A stretch of DNA of 59,075 bases, the filler included. It is 6 parts of 6 records of this genome, joined end to end, with 100 filler letters (N's around TTAATTAATTAA, not from the genome) between each part and the next. Parts side by side here need not be neighbours in the genome. Positions count along the whole stretch, not along the records: positions 14,506 to 20,071 come from SRR31156797_17253; positions 20,172 to 25,704 come from SRR31156797_17259; positions 25,805 to 36,509 come from SRR31156797_17264; 3 more parts are not named here. One strand, given 5' to 3'. Below, piece by piece: positions 17,312-27,258 of this stretch. Numbering within the stretch: position 1 is the first letter of the stretch; every line of letters begins with the position of its first letter. A program made the translations under genes and the position numbers. The notes under the pieces are model-generated. The model was not told the origin of the DNA and ran no database searches. It saw only the letters and a list, made by a program, of their open reading frames with translations.

Positions 17312-19646
17312 ATATAGATTCATTTTAATTTTACTGATAAGCTTTTTGTATACTAGCTATACTTTTTCGCAAGAAAAAGCAACAATAAGTGGTTATGTTA
17401 CAGACAAAGCCACTGGCGAACTGTTAATGGGTGCAACAGTATTTATACCTAAATTAAATATTGGAACGACTTGCAATAATTACGGATTTTATAGCCTAAC
17501 AATTCCTAAGGGCGAAGTTAAAGTAATAATTCGTTTTGTCGGATTCGATGTACTTCAGATTCCTCTCAGTCTGTTAAACGATTCTATTTTAAATATCCAG
17601 TTAGAGGCAAATAATATAATTGATGAAGTACAAGTAAAAGCAACATCTATGGAGAGTTTCTTGATGTCTCCAACTATGAGCATGCACCGTTTAAATGCAA
17701 AAGAGGTCGAAAAAATCCCAGTGGTACTTGGTGAGCCTGATTTATTAAAAGCAATACAACTTTTACCTGGCGTATCGTTTGCGAATGAGGGAGCCACGGG
17801 TTTTAGTGTTCGAGGGGGGAATCCTGACCAGACGCTAATTTTGCTCGATGGAGTGCCAGTTTATAATGTAAACCATTTGTGGGGATTTATGTCGGCATTT
17901 AACAACGATGCCATAAACGAGTTAAGACTGTACAAAGGAGGTTTACCTTCACGTTTTGGAGGTAGGTTAAGCTCGGTGCTTGATATAAGCATGAAGGAAG
18001 GAAATTTAAAAAAACAGTCGGGGACTTTTTCAATCAGTCCTATTGCCGGACGTTTCACCCTTGAAGGACCAATTGTTAGAAACAAAGCCTCATTTATGGT
18101 TTCTGCACGAAAAACATGGGCAGATGCTTTGTTGCTGGGAGTTCAGAAATTGCAAGGAGAAGATGCACAAGTATTAACCTATGGATTTTGGGACATTAAC
18201 GCAAAAACGAACTGGATTTTAAATCGTAATAATAGGGTGTACATTAGTTTTTACACCGGACGAGATGCTTATGTAATGGAAGATGGGGGAGGTAATAATA
18301 GCGACTATGCAAAATTCAGTTACAATTGGCAAAATGTGACGGGTGTCCTACGCTGGAATCATATCTTTACTCCTGTATTATTTGCCAACTTCTCTTTATA
18401 TAATAGCCGATTCAGACAGGAATACTATAATAAATTCGATAAAAAAGGAAATGAGTATTATCGGGGTTATAATAATTTAAATGATATATCATTCAAAGCT
18501 GATTTCGACTGGCTCCCTAAGGCTAATACTGAATTCAAGTTCGGCTATAATATTTCTTTACAGGCATTTAGCCCTGAAATAATTACATTTAAATCAGATA
18601 CAACCTCAATTGAACTTAATAAAGATGTTTTTACACGCAATTTTATTTCAGAGATTTATACCGAGGGAAATATAGACCTTTCTCAAAAGCTTAAAGGGAA
18701 TTTTGGATTGCGTCTTGGGAATATGTCTACAAGTGATAAAAACTATTTTAGTCTCAGGCCACGAGTCTCGCTTCGTTACCTTTTTTCTGAAAATTTGTCA
18801 GGAAAGATATCCTATTCGCGCATGAAACAGTTTCTGCATCAATTACAAAACACAACTTTGGGTATCCCTACTGAATTATGGGTTTCTTCTACCAACAAGA
18901 TAAAACCTGGTACGTCAAACCTTTTCTCATCAGGTTTATTTTTTAAACCTATTGATGGTTATAATTTCTCTGCTGAAATATATTATTCGCAATTAAAAGA
19001 TGTATTACGGTACAAAGAAGGAACACTAGCATTAAAAGAACAAGGTGACAGCTGGGAAGATTTCGTTGCTTCAGGCAAAGGAAAAACTTACGGATTGGAA
19101 TTACAAGTTAAAAAAACGACAGGAACTTTAACCGGGTGGGTTGCCTACACTCTTTCTAAAAGTATACGACAATACGATGAAATAAACTTTGGTAAACCTT
19201 TCCCATATGCATACGACAGAAGGCACCAATTGAATGTTAATGCCAATTATATTCTTGGTGAAAAAAATAAAAACGGTAAAAAAATAAATAAAGACTTTTC
19301 TGCAAACTTTAATTTTGCAACTGGAAAACATATTACTCTTGCAGTGCAAGAGTATCAGGGTTTACCATTGCCAATGATGGAAGGTCTAATTGAAAGGAAC
19401 AACTGGTTTGAAAGAAGGAGCTTACTCAATTCAGTAAACAATTTCCAAATGCCTGCATTCCACAATTTAAACATCTCGTACAGAATTGAGCACCAAAGCA
19501 TTGACAAGACAGTAATTTGGAATTTTACAGTTTACAATACTTACAACCGGCTAAATCCATGGTACTATTACAAAAAAGATGACAAATTAAAGCAGATAAC
19601 TTTATTCCCAATAATTCCTTCTGTTTCATTTACTTACAAATGGTAG
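17298..19646 (+). CDS. TonB-dependent receptor with N-terminal carboxypeptidase-regulatory-like domain
   Basis: ISGYVTDKATGELLMGATV, plug LGEPDLLKAIQLLPGV...VRGGNPDQTLILLDGVPVYN...RFGGRLSSVLDI, barrel ending PSVSFTYKW; ATG 17298 overlaps the upstream gene. Confidence 0.93.
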   Translation: MITIRYRFILILLISFLYTSYTFSQEKATISGYVTDKATGELLMGATVFIPKLNIGTTCNNYGFYSLTIPKGEVKVIIRFVGFDVLQIPLSLLNDSILNIQLEANNIIDEVQVKATSMESFLMSPTMSMHRLNAKEVEKIPVVLGEPDLLKAIQLLPGVSFANEGATGFSVRGGNPDQTLILLDGVPVYNVNHLWGFMSAFNNDAINELRLYKGGLPSRFGGRLSSVLDISMKEGNLKKQSGTFSISPIAGRFTLEGPIVRNKASFMVSARKTWADALLLGVQKLQGEDAQVLTYGFWDINAKTNWILNRNNRVYISFYTGRDAYVMEDGGGNNSDYAKFSYNWQNVTGVLRWNHIFTPVLFANFSLYNSRFRQEYYNKFDKKGNEYYRGYNNLNDISFKADFDWLPKANTEFKFGYNISLQAFSPEIITFKSDTTSIELNKDVFTRNFISEIYTEGNIDLSQKLKGNFGLRLGNMSTSDKNYFSLRPRVSLRYLFSENLSGKISYSRMKQFLHQLQNTTLGIPTELWVSSTNKIKPGTSNLFSSGLFFKPIDGYNFSAEIYYSQLKDVLRYKEGTLALKEQGDSWEDFVASGKGKTYGLELQVKKTTGTLTGWVAYTLSKSIRQYDEINFGKPFPYAYDRRHQLNVNANYILGEKNKNGKKINKDFSANFNFATGKHITLAVQEYQGLPLPMMEGLIERNNWFERRSLLNSVNNFQMPAFHNLNISYRIEHQSIDKTVIWNFTVYNTYNRLNPWYYYKKDDKLKQITLFPIIPSVSFTYKW

Positions 19647-19897
19647 AAATGAATAATTCATTTCTAATTACATATGGACTAAAACGAACATAATATTTTG
19701 CCAAAAGCAATTTCAAGTAACAAAATTTGAGTGAAAACTTGGAATATATTTGGGTTTTTGTGAATACCGTGTGTCGAAAAAGGAAAATATCTGTGTACTT
19801 TTGATACCATTAAAAGTAAAAAGGCATCAACCAGAACTTATATAAAAATACTAAATGACTTGTCCATATATAAAATTAGCTACCCACAACCGCCAAG

Positions 19898-19947
19898 CAC
19901 ATTTGCAATTCGCACAAGCCAACACACAACCAAAAATTACAAAAGAG
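19898..19947 (+). repeat. Hairpin-forming direct repeat, copy 2
   Basis: CACATTTGCAATTCGCACAAGC...CCAAAAATTACAAAAGAG, matching 14576-14626. Confidence 0.75.
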
Positions 19948-20071
19948 CTTATCTGTTTTCCATCGCTTTTTTTTACGACCCAGAAAACAAAATCAGGTTG
20001 GTGGTAAATATGGTAGTGAAGCACTTTTATGAAAGGAAATTAAAACCCAGCAGGTAACACGTGTTAAATTT

Positions 20072-20171
20072 NNNNNNNNNNNNNNNNNNNNNNNNNNNNN
20101 NNNNNNNNNNNNNNNTTAATTAATTAANNNNNNNNNNNNNNNNNNNNNNNNNNNNNNNNNNNNNNNNNNNN
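20072..20171. other. Artificial contig spacer
   Basis: N-run with TTAATTAATTAA. Confidence 0.99.
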
Positions 20172-20172
20172 A

Positions 20173-21051
20173 CTGTTCGATGTCCCGGCGTCCATGCTTC
20201 CGGAGGTCAAGAGTTGCAGCGAGGTGTACGGCGAGACGGGGACTGCATTCCTCTCGGCGAAGATTCCCATCGCCGGTATCGCGGGCGATCAGCAGGCCGC
20301 CGCGTTCGGGCAGATGTGCACCGAAGAGGGGATGATCAAGAACACCTACGGCACCGGCTGCTTCATCGTGATGAACACCGGAGACAAACCCAAGCATTCC
20401 ACGAACAATCTGCTCACCACCGTTGCCTGGAAGCTGGATGGCAAAGTCACTTACGCGCTGGAGGGGAGCATCTTCATCGCGGGCGCTGTCGTGCAATGGC
20501 TGCGGGACGGCCTAGGCTGCATCACTACGTCCGAACAGGTCGAGACACTCGCCGGTTCGGTCGAGGACAATGGCGGCGTCTATATGGTCCCGGCGTTTGC
20601 CGGCCTCGGGGCGCCGCACTGGGATCAATACGCCCGTGGCGCTATTTTCGGTATCACGCGGGGCACGACCGATGGCCACATTGCCCGGGCCTGCCTCGAA
20701 TCGATCGCGTTCCAGACGAAAGATGTGCTGGACGCCATGGCTGACGACGCAGGCATTCCGATCACGGAACTGCGCGTCGATGGCGGCGCCTCGATCAACG
20801 ACGCACTGATGGAGTTCCAGGCGGGTCTGACCGGTGTCACCGTCATTCGGCCCGAGACGCTGGAGACCACGGCCATGGGAGCGGCCTTCTTTGCCGGCCT
20901 GGCGGTCGGATACTGGAAAGACCTGGACGAGATCAAACAGATCTGGAAGCAGGGGGCCCAGTTCGAATCGCACATGGCCCCCGAGACGCGGGCGGAACTG
21001 CTGAAGAACTGGCACAAAGCGGTCGACCGCGTGCGCGACTGGGATCGGTAA
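20173..21051 (+). CDS. glpK: Glycerol kinase, 5'-truncated
   Basis: [65 protein letters not shown]. Confidence 0.95.
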   Translation: MFDVPASMLPEVKSCSEVYGETGTAFLSAKIPIAGIAGDQQAAAFGQMCTEEGMIKNTYGTGCFIVMNTGDKPKHSTNNLLTTVAWKLDGKVTYALEGSIFIAGAVVQWLRDGLGCITTSEQVETLAGSVEDNGGVYMVPAFAGLGAPHWDQYARGAIFGITRGTTDGHIARACLESIAFQTKDVLDAMADDAGIPITELRVDGGASINDALMEFQAGLTGVTVIRPETLETTAMGAAFFAGLAVGYWKDLDEIKQIWKQGAQFESHMAPETRAELLKNWHKAVDRVRDWDR

Positions 21052-21117
21052 TACGAATGTCACTGGACCGACGGTGCGACGGGCGCCGTCCATCACGACT
21101 CAGTGGGAGAAATACTC

Positions 21118-21870
21118 ATGAGCGAACTTACGGCCGAATTTGGGGCGGAATTCATCGGGACCATGATCCTGGTCCTCCTGGGCGACGGCGTCGTGGCGAA
21201 CGTCTGTCTCAAAGGGACGAAGGGCAACAACGCCGGGTGGATTGTGATCACGATGGGTTGGGGGCTGGCCGTCTTCACCGCGGTGTCCGTCACGGGCGAG
21301 GTCAGCGGGGCGCACATCAATCCCGCCGTGACGGTCGGTCTGGCGGCCGCCAGCGTGTTCGCCTGGGCCAAGGTCCCGGTCTTTCTGGCCGCGCAATTCC
21401 TGGGCGGTGCGGCCGGCGCCTTTCTAGTCTGGTTGTTCTACCGGGACCACTATGAAATGACGGAGGACAAGGATGTTATCCTGGGCACCTTCGCAACCGG
21501 GCCGACGGTGCGCAAGCCCCTGAGCAACGTCTTTTCCGAAGTCGTTGGTACCTTCGTTCTGATCATGGCCGTGCTGTACATCGCCGTTCCGAAGTTCACC
21601 TCCGACGGTGAGGAGGTCAAGATGGGGATGGGTGCGCTCGGGGCCATCCCGGTCGCGTTCGTGGTGATGGGTATTGGCATGTCACTCGGTGGCACGACTG
21701 GCTATGCCATCAATCCCGCCCGCGATCTGGGTCCGCGCCTGGTGCACCACTTCGTGCCCATCACGCATAAAGGCCCCAGCGACTGGGGTTACAGTTGGAT
21801 CCCGGTAGTCGGGCCGATCCTCGGCGCTTTGCTGGCGGCACTGGCTTATTTATTGGGCCCGGTCACCTAG
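21118..21870 (+). CDS. glpF: Aquaglyceroporin (MIP family)
   Basis: SGAHINPAVT and GYAINPARDLGPR (two NPA motifs, NPARD glyceroporin signature); follows glpK. Confidence 0.95.
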   Translation: MSELTAEFGAEFIGTMILVLLGDGVVANVCLKGTKGNNAGWIVITMGWGLAVFTAVSVTGEVSGAHINPAVTVGLAAASVFAWAKVPVFLAAQFLGGAAGAFLVWLFYRDHYEMTEDKDVILGTFATGPTVRKPLSNVFSEVVGTFVLIMAVLYIAVPKFTSDGEEVKMGMGALGAIPVAFVVMGIGMSLGGTTGYAINPARDLGPRLVHHFVPITHKGPSDWGYSWIPVVGPILGALLAALAYLLGPVT

Positions 21871-22769
21871 CGCGCCTCGCGAACGTAGCGCGTGATGTGC
21901 TCCACGGTATCGATCCAGATCCCGTTGTTGGGATCGCGGGCATACTCGCAGATGGCTCTGAGCGTATCGATGCGCGTGGTCTGGCGGCCACCATCACCAA
22001 TCTCATGGCCGGCGAAGACCAGCCAGGTCCCGTTTTCGACCGCCGTGTCGATGAGTTTCCTGGCTTGCTCGAAGTCGAGCCCGTCCAGTTCCATGCCGAG
22101 CAGTTGAGCCGGGTCGCAAAAGGCCGGATCGTTGGCGGCTTCATCCATCCATCCGCGTCCGGCCGAAAACATCGTCGCCACCAACGGAACGTAGCTCTTC
22201 AGTTGCCGGCCGCGGCCGACGAACTTCTGCCCGCAGGGATAGGCAAACGTGGCCGGTTGCACGCCCAGCGCCGCTTCGATATGGGCATTGGCCGCTTCCA
22301 GTTCCTGCTCCATCTGCTTCAGCGTGTAGTCCTCCAGCGCTTTCTCCCGGGCGAACGCGAAGTTGCCCGTGCACGGATGGCGCAAGGAATGGTTGCCGAT
22401 CTCGTGACCATTGGCGAGTGCCTGCTTCCAGGCGGACAGTCGCTCGCCGAGCGGTCGGGGTGAGACGTAGAACGTGGCCTTGACGCCGTAGCTGTCGAGC
22501 AGGGGGACGCCCACGTCGGCCTGGCTGAGCCGCGCATCGTCGAACGTCAGGCTCACCGCTGCCCGCTTGCCCTCAGGCCACACGAACGTGCCGGTCCGCT
22601 CGACCGTCACGGCATAAGGATCGGCCCCCGTCCCTTCAGGTTTCGCGGCCTCTCGCCCACAGCCGCACAAGCCGGCGCCGACAGTCCCCAGCAACAAACC
22701 CGACCAGAGTACGCCACGAACCACCGCCGGCCGCATGATGCGACAGCGCCTACTGTCGTTTTGGTCCAT
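21867..22769 (-). CDS. Exported/lipoprotein polysaccharide deacetylase (CE4/NodB-like)
   Basis: SLTFDD, ATFYV, GHEIGNHSLRHP, FAYPCG, VFAGHE; N-terminal hydrophobic stretch ending LCGC. Start uncertain. Confidence 0.88.
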   Translation of the reverse strand: MDQNDSRRCRIMRPAVVRGVLWSGLLLGTVGAGLCGCGREAAKPEGTGADPYAVTVERTGTFVWPEGKRAAVSLTFDDARLSQADVGVPLLDSYGVKATFYVSPRPLGERLSAWKQALANGHEIGNHSLRHPCTGNFAFAREKALEDYTLKQMEQELEAANAHIEAALGVQPATFAYPCGQKFVGRGRQLKSYVPLVATMFSAGRGWMDEAANDPAFCDPAQLLGMELDGLDFEQARKLIDTAVENGTWLVFAGHEIGDGGRQTTRIDTLRAICEYARDPNNGIWIDTVEHITRYVREAR

Positions 22770-22989
22770 CTTTCGCCTCACCGCAATTCCATCTGCCTGG
22801 GCAAAGCACACCGTATCAGCGACGACGCGACCGGTGCGGCCACCGTCATTGTAGCGAGCACCCCGCGTGGGGTGCAAGATGCGAGTCGGTCCGCGGAGTT
22901 TTGAATCCCCGCTGCAATATGTATAATTTTATGGGAAGGGGTATCGAAGGACACTCGGCTATCGACTGGGTCAAGCAAGGTGGGGACAA

Positions 22990-23451
22990 ATGAGAGCGAG
23001 AGAGGGCTTCACACTCGTCGAAATCCTGATTGTGGTGACGATTCTCGGCATCCTGGCGGCCATCGTGGTGCCCCAGTTCAGTTCGGCTGCCAAAGATGCG
23101 CAGGTCTCGTCGCTACGCACCAACTTACAGGCATTCCGCAAGCAAATCGAGCTGTACAAATACCATCATGACGACAGCATGCCCGCCATTGCGGGCGAGA
23201 GCAGCGCCGACTTCACGCGCCGGATGACCGAGGAAACGGATATCGATGGTGACGTCGGCACCGACTTCGGTCCCTATCTGGAGCGGATTCCCATCAATCC
23301 CTTCAACCGGCTCAACACCGTCCGCGTGGGAGACGCTGCGGCCGGCGCCAACACGCACGGCTGGCGCTTCGATCCGGCCACCGGGGTGATCCAGTCCGAC
23401 GACAACTACGACGGCGACGGCGACAGCACCCCCGATCACATCGGGCTCTAG
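22990..23451 (+). CDS. Type IV pilin / T2SS GspG-like prepilin
   Basis: Class III signal G|FTLVEILIVVTILGILAAIVVPQF; GPYLERIPINPF; C-terminal DGDGD acidic loop. Confidence 0.9.
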   Translation: MRAREGFTLVEILIVVTILGILAAIVVPQFSSAAKDAQVSSLRTNLQAFRKQIELYKYHHDDSMPAIAGESSADFTRRMTEETDIDGDVGTDFGPYLERIPINPFNRLNTVRVGDAAAGANTHGWRFDPATGVIQSDDNYDGDGDSTPDHIGL

Positions 23452-23467
23452 GTCGAGCGCGTTCGGG

Positions 23468-25704
23468 TCAATCGAGGTTCATCAACTTTCGGCAGATCGA
23501 CTTCACCACCGGATTGAGGTCGGGCTCGCTGAATCCGTCGAGCGGCTGACCGATATCGTGCGCCGCCTGGATGTCCTTCAGGGGCGTCTGGTCCCAGAAG
23601 CACTCGCTCAAGAGGGCGATCACCATTCGGGCCCGGCCCTCTTCGCGCGCGCGAAGCAGGTAGGGCAGTTCGTGCTGCATGATGAAGTCGGAGGCCAGGA
23701 AGTGGGGGCTCACCAGCAGCAAACCTGACCGTGCCATATGAAGGGCCCGATCGATCTCCTGTTGCCAATTCTGGCTGGCGCTGATGTCCTGGTCCGACCA
23801 GGTCGTGATGCGTCCGTCCCGTACCAGGGGCTTGAGCATGATGTTGAAACGCTCCAGCCACGGCGCGTCGGCGTGGGCATAACTGATGAAGACGTCCAGG
23901 CCAGCCGGATGGCGAAGGCCTTGCAGTAGATCGTTGACGCTTATTACAATCAGATCGTCGCCTACCTGGACATGATCTACTTGGAGGCCCCGCTCCTCGA
24001 ACTTCAGGAGTCGACTGTAGGGAACCAGCACCCCCGGGTGCTCGGGCAGCGGGATTTTCTCCACGACTGCCAGACGCGGAATGGTGGCGTGAATGGCATC
24101 GAACTGATCGCGGATCGATTGCAGGAAGCGGCGCCGGCCGGCGACCTGGCCCCGGATGCAGATGTCGATCTGCGCATCTTCGAAGTCCGCCCAGACGCGG
24201 GCCTGGGCGTCGCCGTCGAGGGATTCCAGGACGACGCCTTTGCGCCAGTAGATCTCGTCGCTGATGCGCTGGTGCATCCGCACGATGAAGCGCGACATGA
24301 CGCTGGCCGGTAGCATCTCATAGTCGTAGCGGAAACCCAAACTGTCGTCCCAATCGTCGTCAATGTTGTCGGGTTGCTCCAGGGGGAGCAGGCCCGGTAC
24401 GAGGAACTTCAAGTTGGCCTGGCCCTCGAAGTCGAAGAGCAATTCGAACCGGCGCATCATCTCGATCAGAAACATCTGGCGGTCGCCGGGATAGGCGAAT
24501 CGTTTGTCGGCCACGGCCTTCAGAAGCGCGTCCAATTCCCCGAACGTCAGGACGCCGTGGGCCGCTGACAAGTGCTCGCTGGTGAGGATGCGATAGATGG
24601 CGGTCGTCACCCAGAGCGGATTGAGGATATTCAGATCGCGGAGGATGGGATGGTCGTGGAAGTGTAGGACGATGCCCAGATCGTGGAGAAAGCTGATCAG
24701 TTGCCTCTGTTCCTTCTCCTCGACGATACCCTTGCCCTCGCACAGTTCCACGTAGGTTGTGTAGAGCAGGCAGCTCTCGGTACTCTCCTCCAGTTCCTGC
24801 TTGACGGCGAACCACGTCTCGGGAAAGAGCGTATCGACGTGCTCCAGGTGGGCGATTTCCTGCTCGATCGCGCCGGATACTTCGTCGACGCCTCTGTCCT
24901 GGGCGCAGGAAACTTCTTTGACGTAGCAGCGGATCTGGGGATACTTGGCCTGGAGGCCTTTCCAGTCGAGCTGCATGGTTTGCTGATCGCACTTATTGCA
25001 GACGACGATCACGGGCGAATCCTCACCGAAGCTGTGGATCAGCTTCAGCCAGTATTCGATGCGGCTCTGCCGCTCATTCTGGCGCGAGTCGAGCACCAGC
25101 AGGTAGAGACTGCGCTTGGTGAGGAAGAACTGGTGTGTCGCGTGCATGATCTCCTGGCCGCCAAAGTCCCAGACGTTCAGCCGCACGGTGCGGTTCTCCA
25201 GCGCCAGGTCCCAACGATGGGTCTTGATACCGTGCGTCTGATCTTCATTGGGGTCGAAGTTCTGTCCTCGCAGCCGCTTGATCAGCGACGTTTTGCCCAC
25301 CTCCGCTTCGCCCACCACCAGCACCTTGGCCTCGTTCAACGGCCGCACGGGCTGAGTTCGCGAACGAAACCAGTAGTCGAGAATCTCCTGCGGTGAGTCT
25401 CGCTTGGCGACGATTTCCGGCGGCAACCCGAGCCGACAGTTGGAGGCACTGAGGAATGAAAGCTGCTTGAGGTTTTCCAGGGGCGACAGATCGCTGATCG
25501 GATTATCCCTGAGATGTAGACCGGTTAACTGGGGCAGGCTGCCCAGGGCCCCCAGATCGCTGATCTGATTCTCACTGAGATATAGCGTGGTTAACTGGGG
25601 CAGGTTGGCCAGGGGTGCCAGATTACTGATCTGGTTGGCACTGAGGTTCAGTGAGGTTAGCTGGTTGAGGTTTTCCAGGGGCGCCAGATCGCTGATCTGA
25701 TTGG
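23468..25704 (-). CDS. Roco-family protein: LRR - Roc GTPase - COR - TIR, 5'-truncated inside the LRR array
   Basis: Frame open from the contig edge through 22-aa LRRs (NQISDLAPLENLNQLTSLNLSA etc.); Roc motifs GEAEVGKTS, THGI, WDFGGQ, NKCD; COR LHDLGIVLHF...ILNPLWVT...RFIVRMH; TIR DVFISYAHAD...WSDQDI...LLLVSPHFLASDFIMQHEL. Confidence 0.92.
25445..25704 (-). repeat. 66-bp tandem repeats encoding 22-aa internalin/SDS22-like LRRs (at least 4 units)
   Basis: CAGATCGCTGATC-like block at 25487, 25553, 25619, 25685 (period 66); exact 19-mer at 25467 and 25665; exact 16-mer at 25523 and 25589. Confidence 0.92.
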
Positions 25705-25804
25705 NNNNNNNNNNNNNNNNNNNNNNNNNNNNNNNNNNNNNNNNNNNNTTAATTAATTAANNNNNNNNNNNNNNNNNNNNNNNNNNNNNNNNNNNNNNNN
25801 NNNN
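25705..25804. other. Artificial contig spacer
   Basis: N-run with TTAATTAATTAA. Confidence 0.99.
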
Positions 25805-25971
25805 GGAGTCTACGCTTACCTTTTGCTGCCAAAATACTGAAGAAGGTGGTGCCGCATGGACTGACCTCTGGTGAGTATTTTGTCTTTTTATATCTTGTTG
25901 GTTTTTATAATATCACCCTGAAACTACTACTTTTTTTAGGAAATGAGTAAAGTGCTCATGAGGAATCCGGG

Positions 25972-27258
25972 TTAGCCTCTTTTTAAGAGCATTGCTCCAC
26001 CCTGACCACCTCCAATGCAGAGCGTTGCCAGGCCCAGTTTTGCCTTTCTTTGGTGGAGGATATTGAAAAGGTGGAGCACTATGCGGGCCCCGCTGCACCC
26101 CACCGGGTGCCCCAGGCTTATGGCACCGCCATCAATGTTGATCCTCTCTTCGGGGAGAGTGCCGACCGGGGTTTCCAGGCCAAAGTGTTGCCTGCAGTAT
26201 GCTGGATCGGCAAATGCCCGGAGGCAGGCAATAACCTGGGCGGCAAAGGCCTCGTTGAGTTCCCAAAAATCAATATCTGAGAGTTGGAGTTGGTTTCTGG
26301 CAAGTAAGGGGATCGTGGCATGCACCGGTCCGAGTCCCATGTGTTCCGGCGGGAGGCCTGCCCAACAGGTGTCTTCAATGGTGCCAAGTACTGGCAGTTG
26401 GTATTGCTTGACTGTTTCAGCATTTGCCAGCAGGAGTAGTGCTGCACCGTCGGTTATCTGGGCCCCGTTGCCAGCTGTTATTTTACCGAATTTGGGGTCA
26501 AAGACTGGACGCAACCGTGACAGTTTTTCTAAAGTAGAATCTCTTCTCAGTCCATTATCTTCGGTAAACGCGTGTCCATTGTGGTCATAGATGGGTGTGA
26601 CTTCGCCCATTCTTTCCTGTTCATATGCCGCAGCCAGGCGTTGGTGGCTGCGCAGGGCATACTGATCCATCTCTTCTCTTTGTATATGAAACATGTCGGC
26701 CAGGTTTTCAGCGGTCTGTCCCATGTTGAGATTGACTACCGGATCTGTAAGGCCTCTTAATATACCAAATACCGGTTGCAGGTGGTGGGGACGAAGCTGG
26801 GAAAACTGGCGGATTTTAGCTAGTAGTCCTTTAGCTTTACTCAGATCTGTCAACCAGCTAATCATGTCATCGTTTAGAAGTACCGGGGCATGGCTCATGG
26901 CATCTACCCCGCCTGCAAGAATAAGGTTTGAGTGACCATCCCTGATTCTGTCTACAGCTGTCTCCAGAGCCTGCATGCCTGAACCGCAATTTCTCTGTAC
27001 GGTCCAGGCAGGTACCTTATGTCCGCAGCCCAGCCGCTGCGAAGCAACTCTGGCAATGTTCACTTCATCCGGGCTCGGGAGTACGCTGCCGATGATAACT
27101 TCGCTGAGTACGTCCGGTGAAAACGGTTGTCGGGCAAGGAGTTGCTTGCCTGTCGCTACCAGGAGGTCGGCAGAGGTAAACGGTCCCCGTTTTCCGGTTG
27201 ACTTCAGAAAGGGGGTGCGGCTTCCGTCAACTACATATACGGGTGGTTGATGGGTCAT
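25972..27258 (-). CDS. Acetyl-CoA C-acyltransferase (thiolase, FadI-like)
   Basis: RTPFLK, catalytic NCGSGMQA, NEAFAAQV, GHPVGCSG, CIGGGQG; FadI-type insertion (WLTDLSKAKG...QLRPHHLQP). Confidence 0.93.
   Translation of the reverse strand: MTHQPPVYVVDGSRTPFLKSTGKRGPFTSADLLVATGKQLLARQPFSPDVLSEVIIGSVLPSPDEVNIARVASQRLGCGHKVPAWTVQRNCGSGMQALETAVDRIRDGHSNLILAGGVDAMSHAPVLLNDDMISWLTDLSKAKGLLAKIRQFSQLRPHHLQPVFGILRGLTDPVVNLNMGQTAENLADMFHIQREEMDQYALRSHQRLAAAYEQERMGEVTPIYDHNGHAFTEDNGLRRDSTLEKLSRLRPVFDPKFGKITAGNGAQITDGAALLLLANAETVKQYQLPVLGTIEDTCWAGLPPEHMGLGPVHATIPLLARNQLQLSDIDFWELNEAFAAQVIACLRAFADPAYCRQHFGLETPVGTLPEERINIDGGAISLGHPVGCSGARIVLHLFNILHQRKAKLGLATLCIGGGQGGAMLLKRG

Noticed and set aside
22990-23451. 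Pilin gene as a partner of the Roco-TIR protein
   Set aside because: Convergent orientation, and such orphan prepilin genes are common; no evidence of a functional link from the sequence alone.
25445-25704. 66-bp periodic repeats as a CRISPR array
   Set aside because: The period is a multiple of three and encodes in-frame LRRs; no identical repeats with unique spacers and no cas genes.
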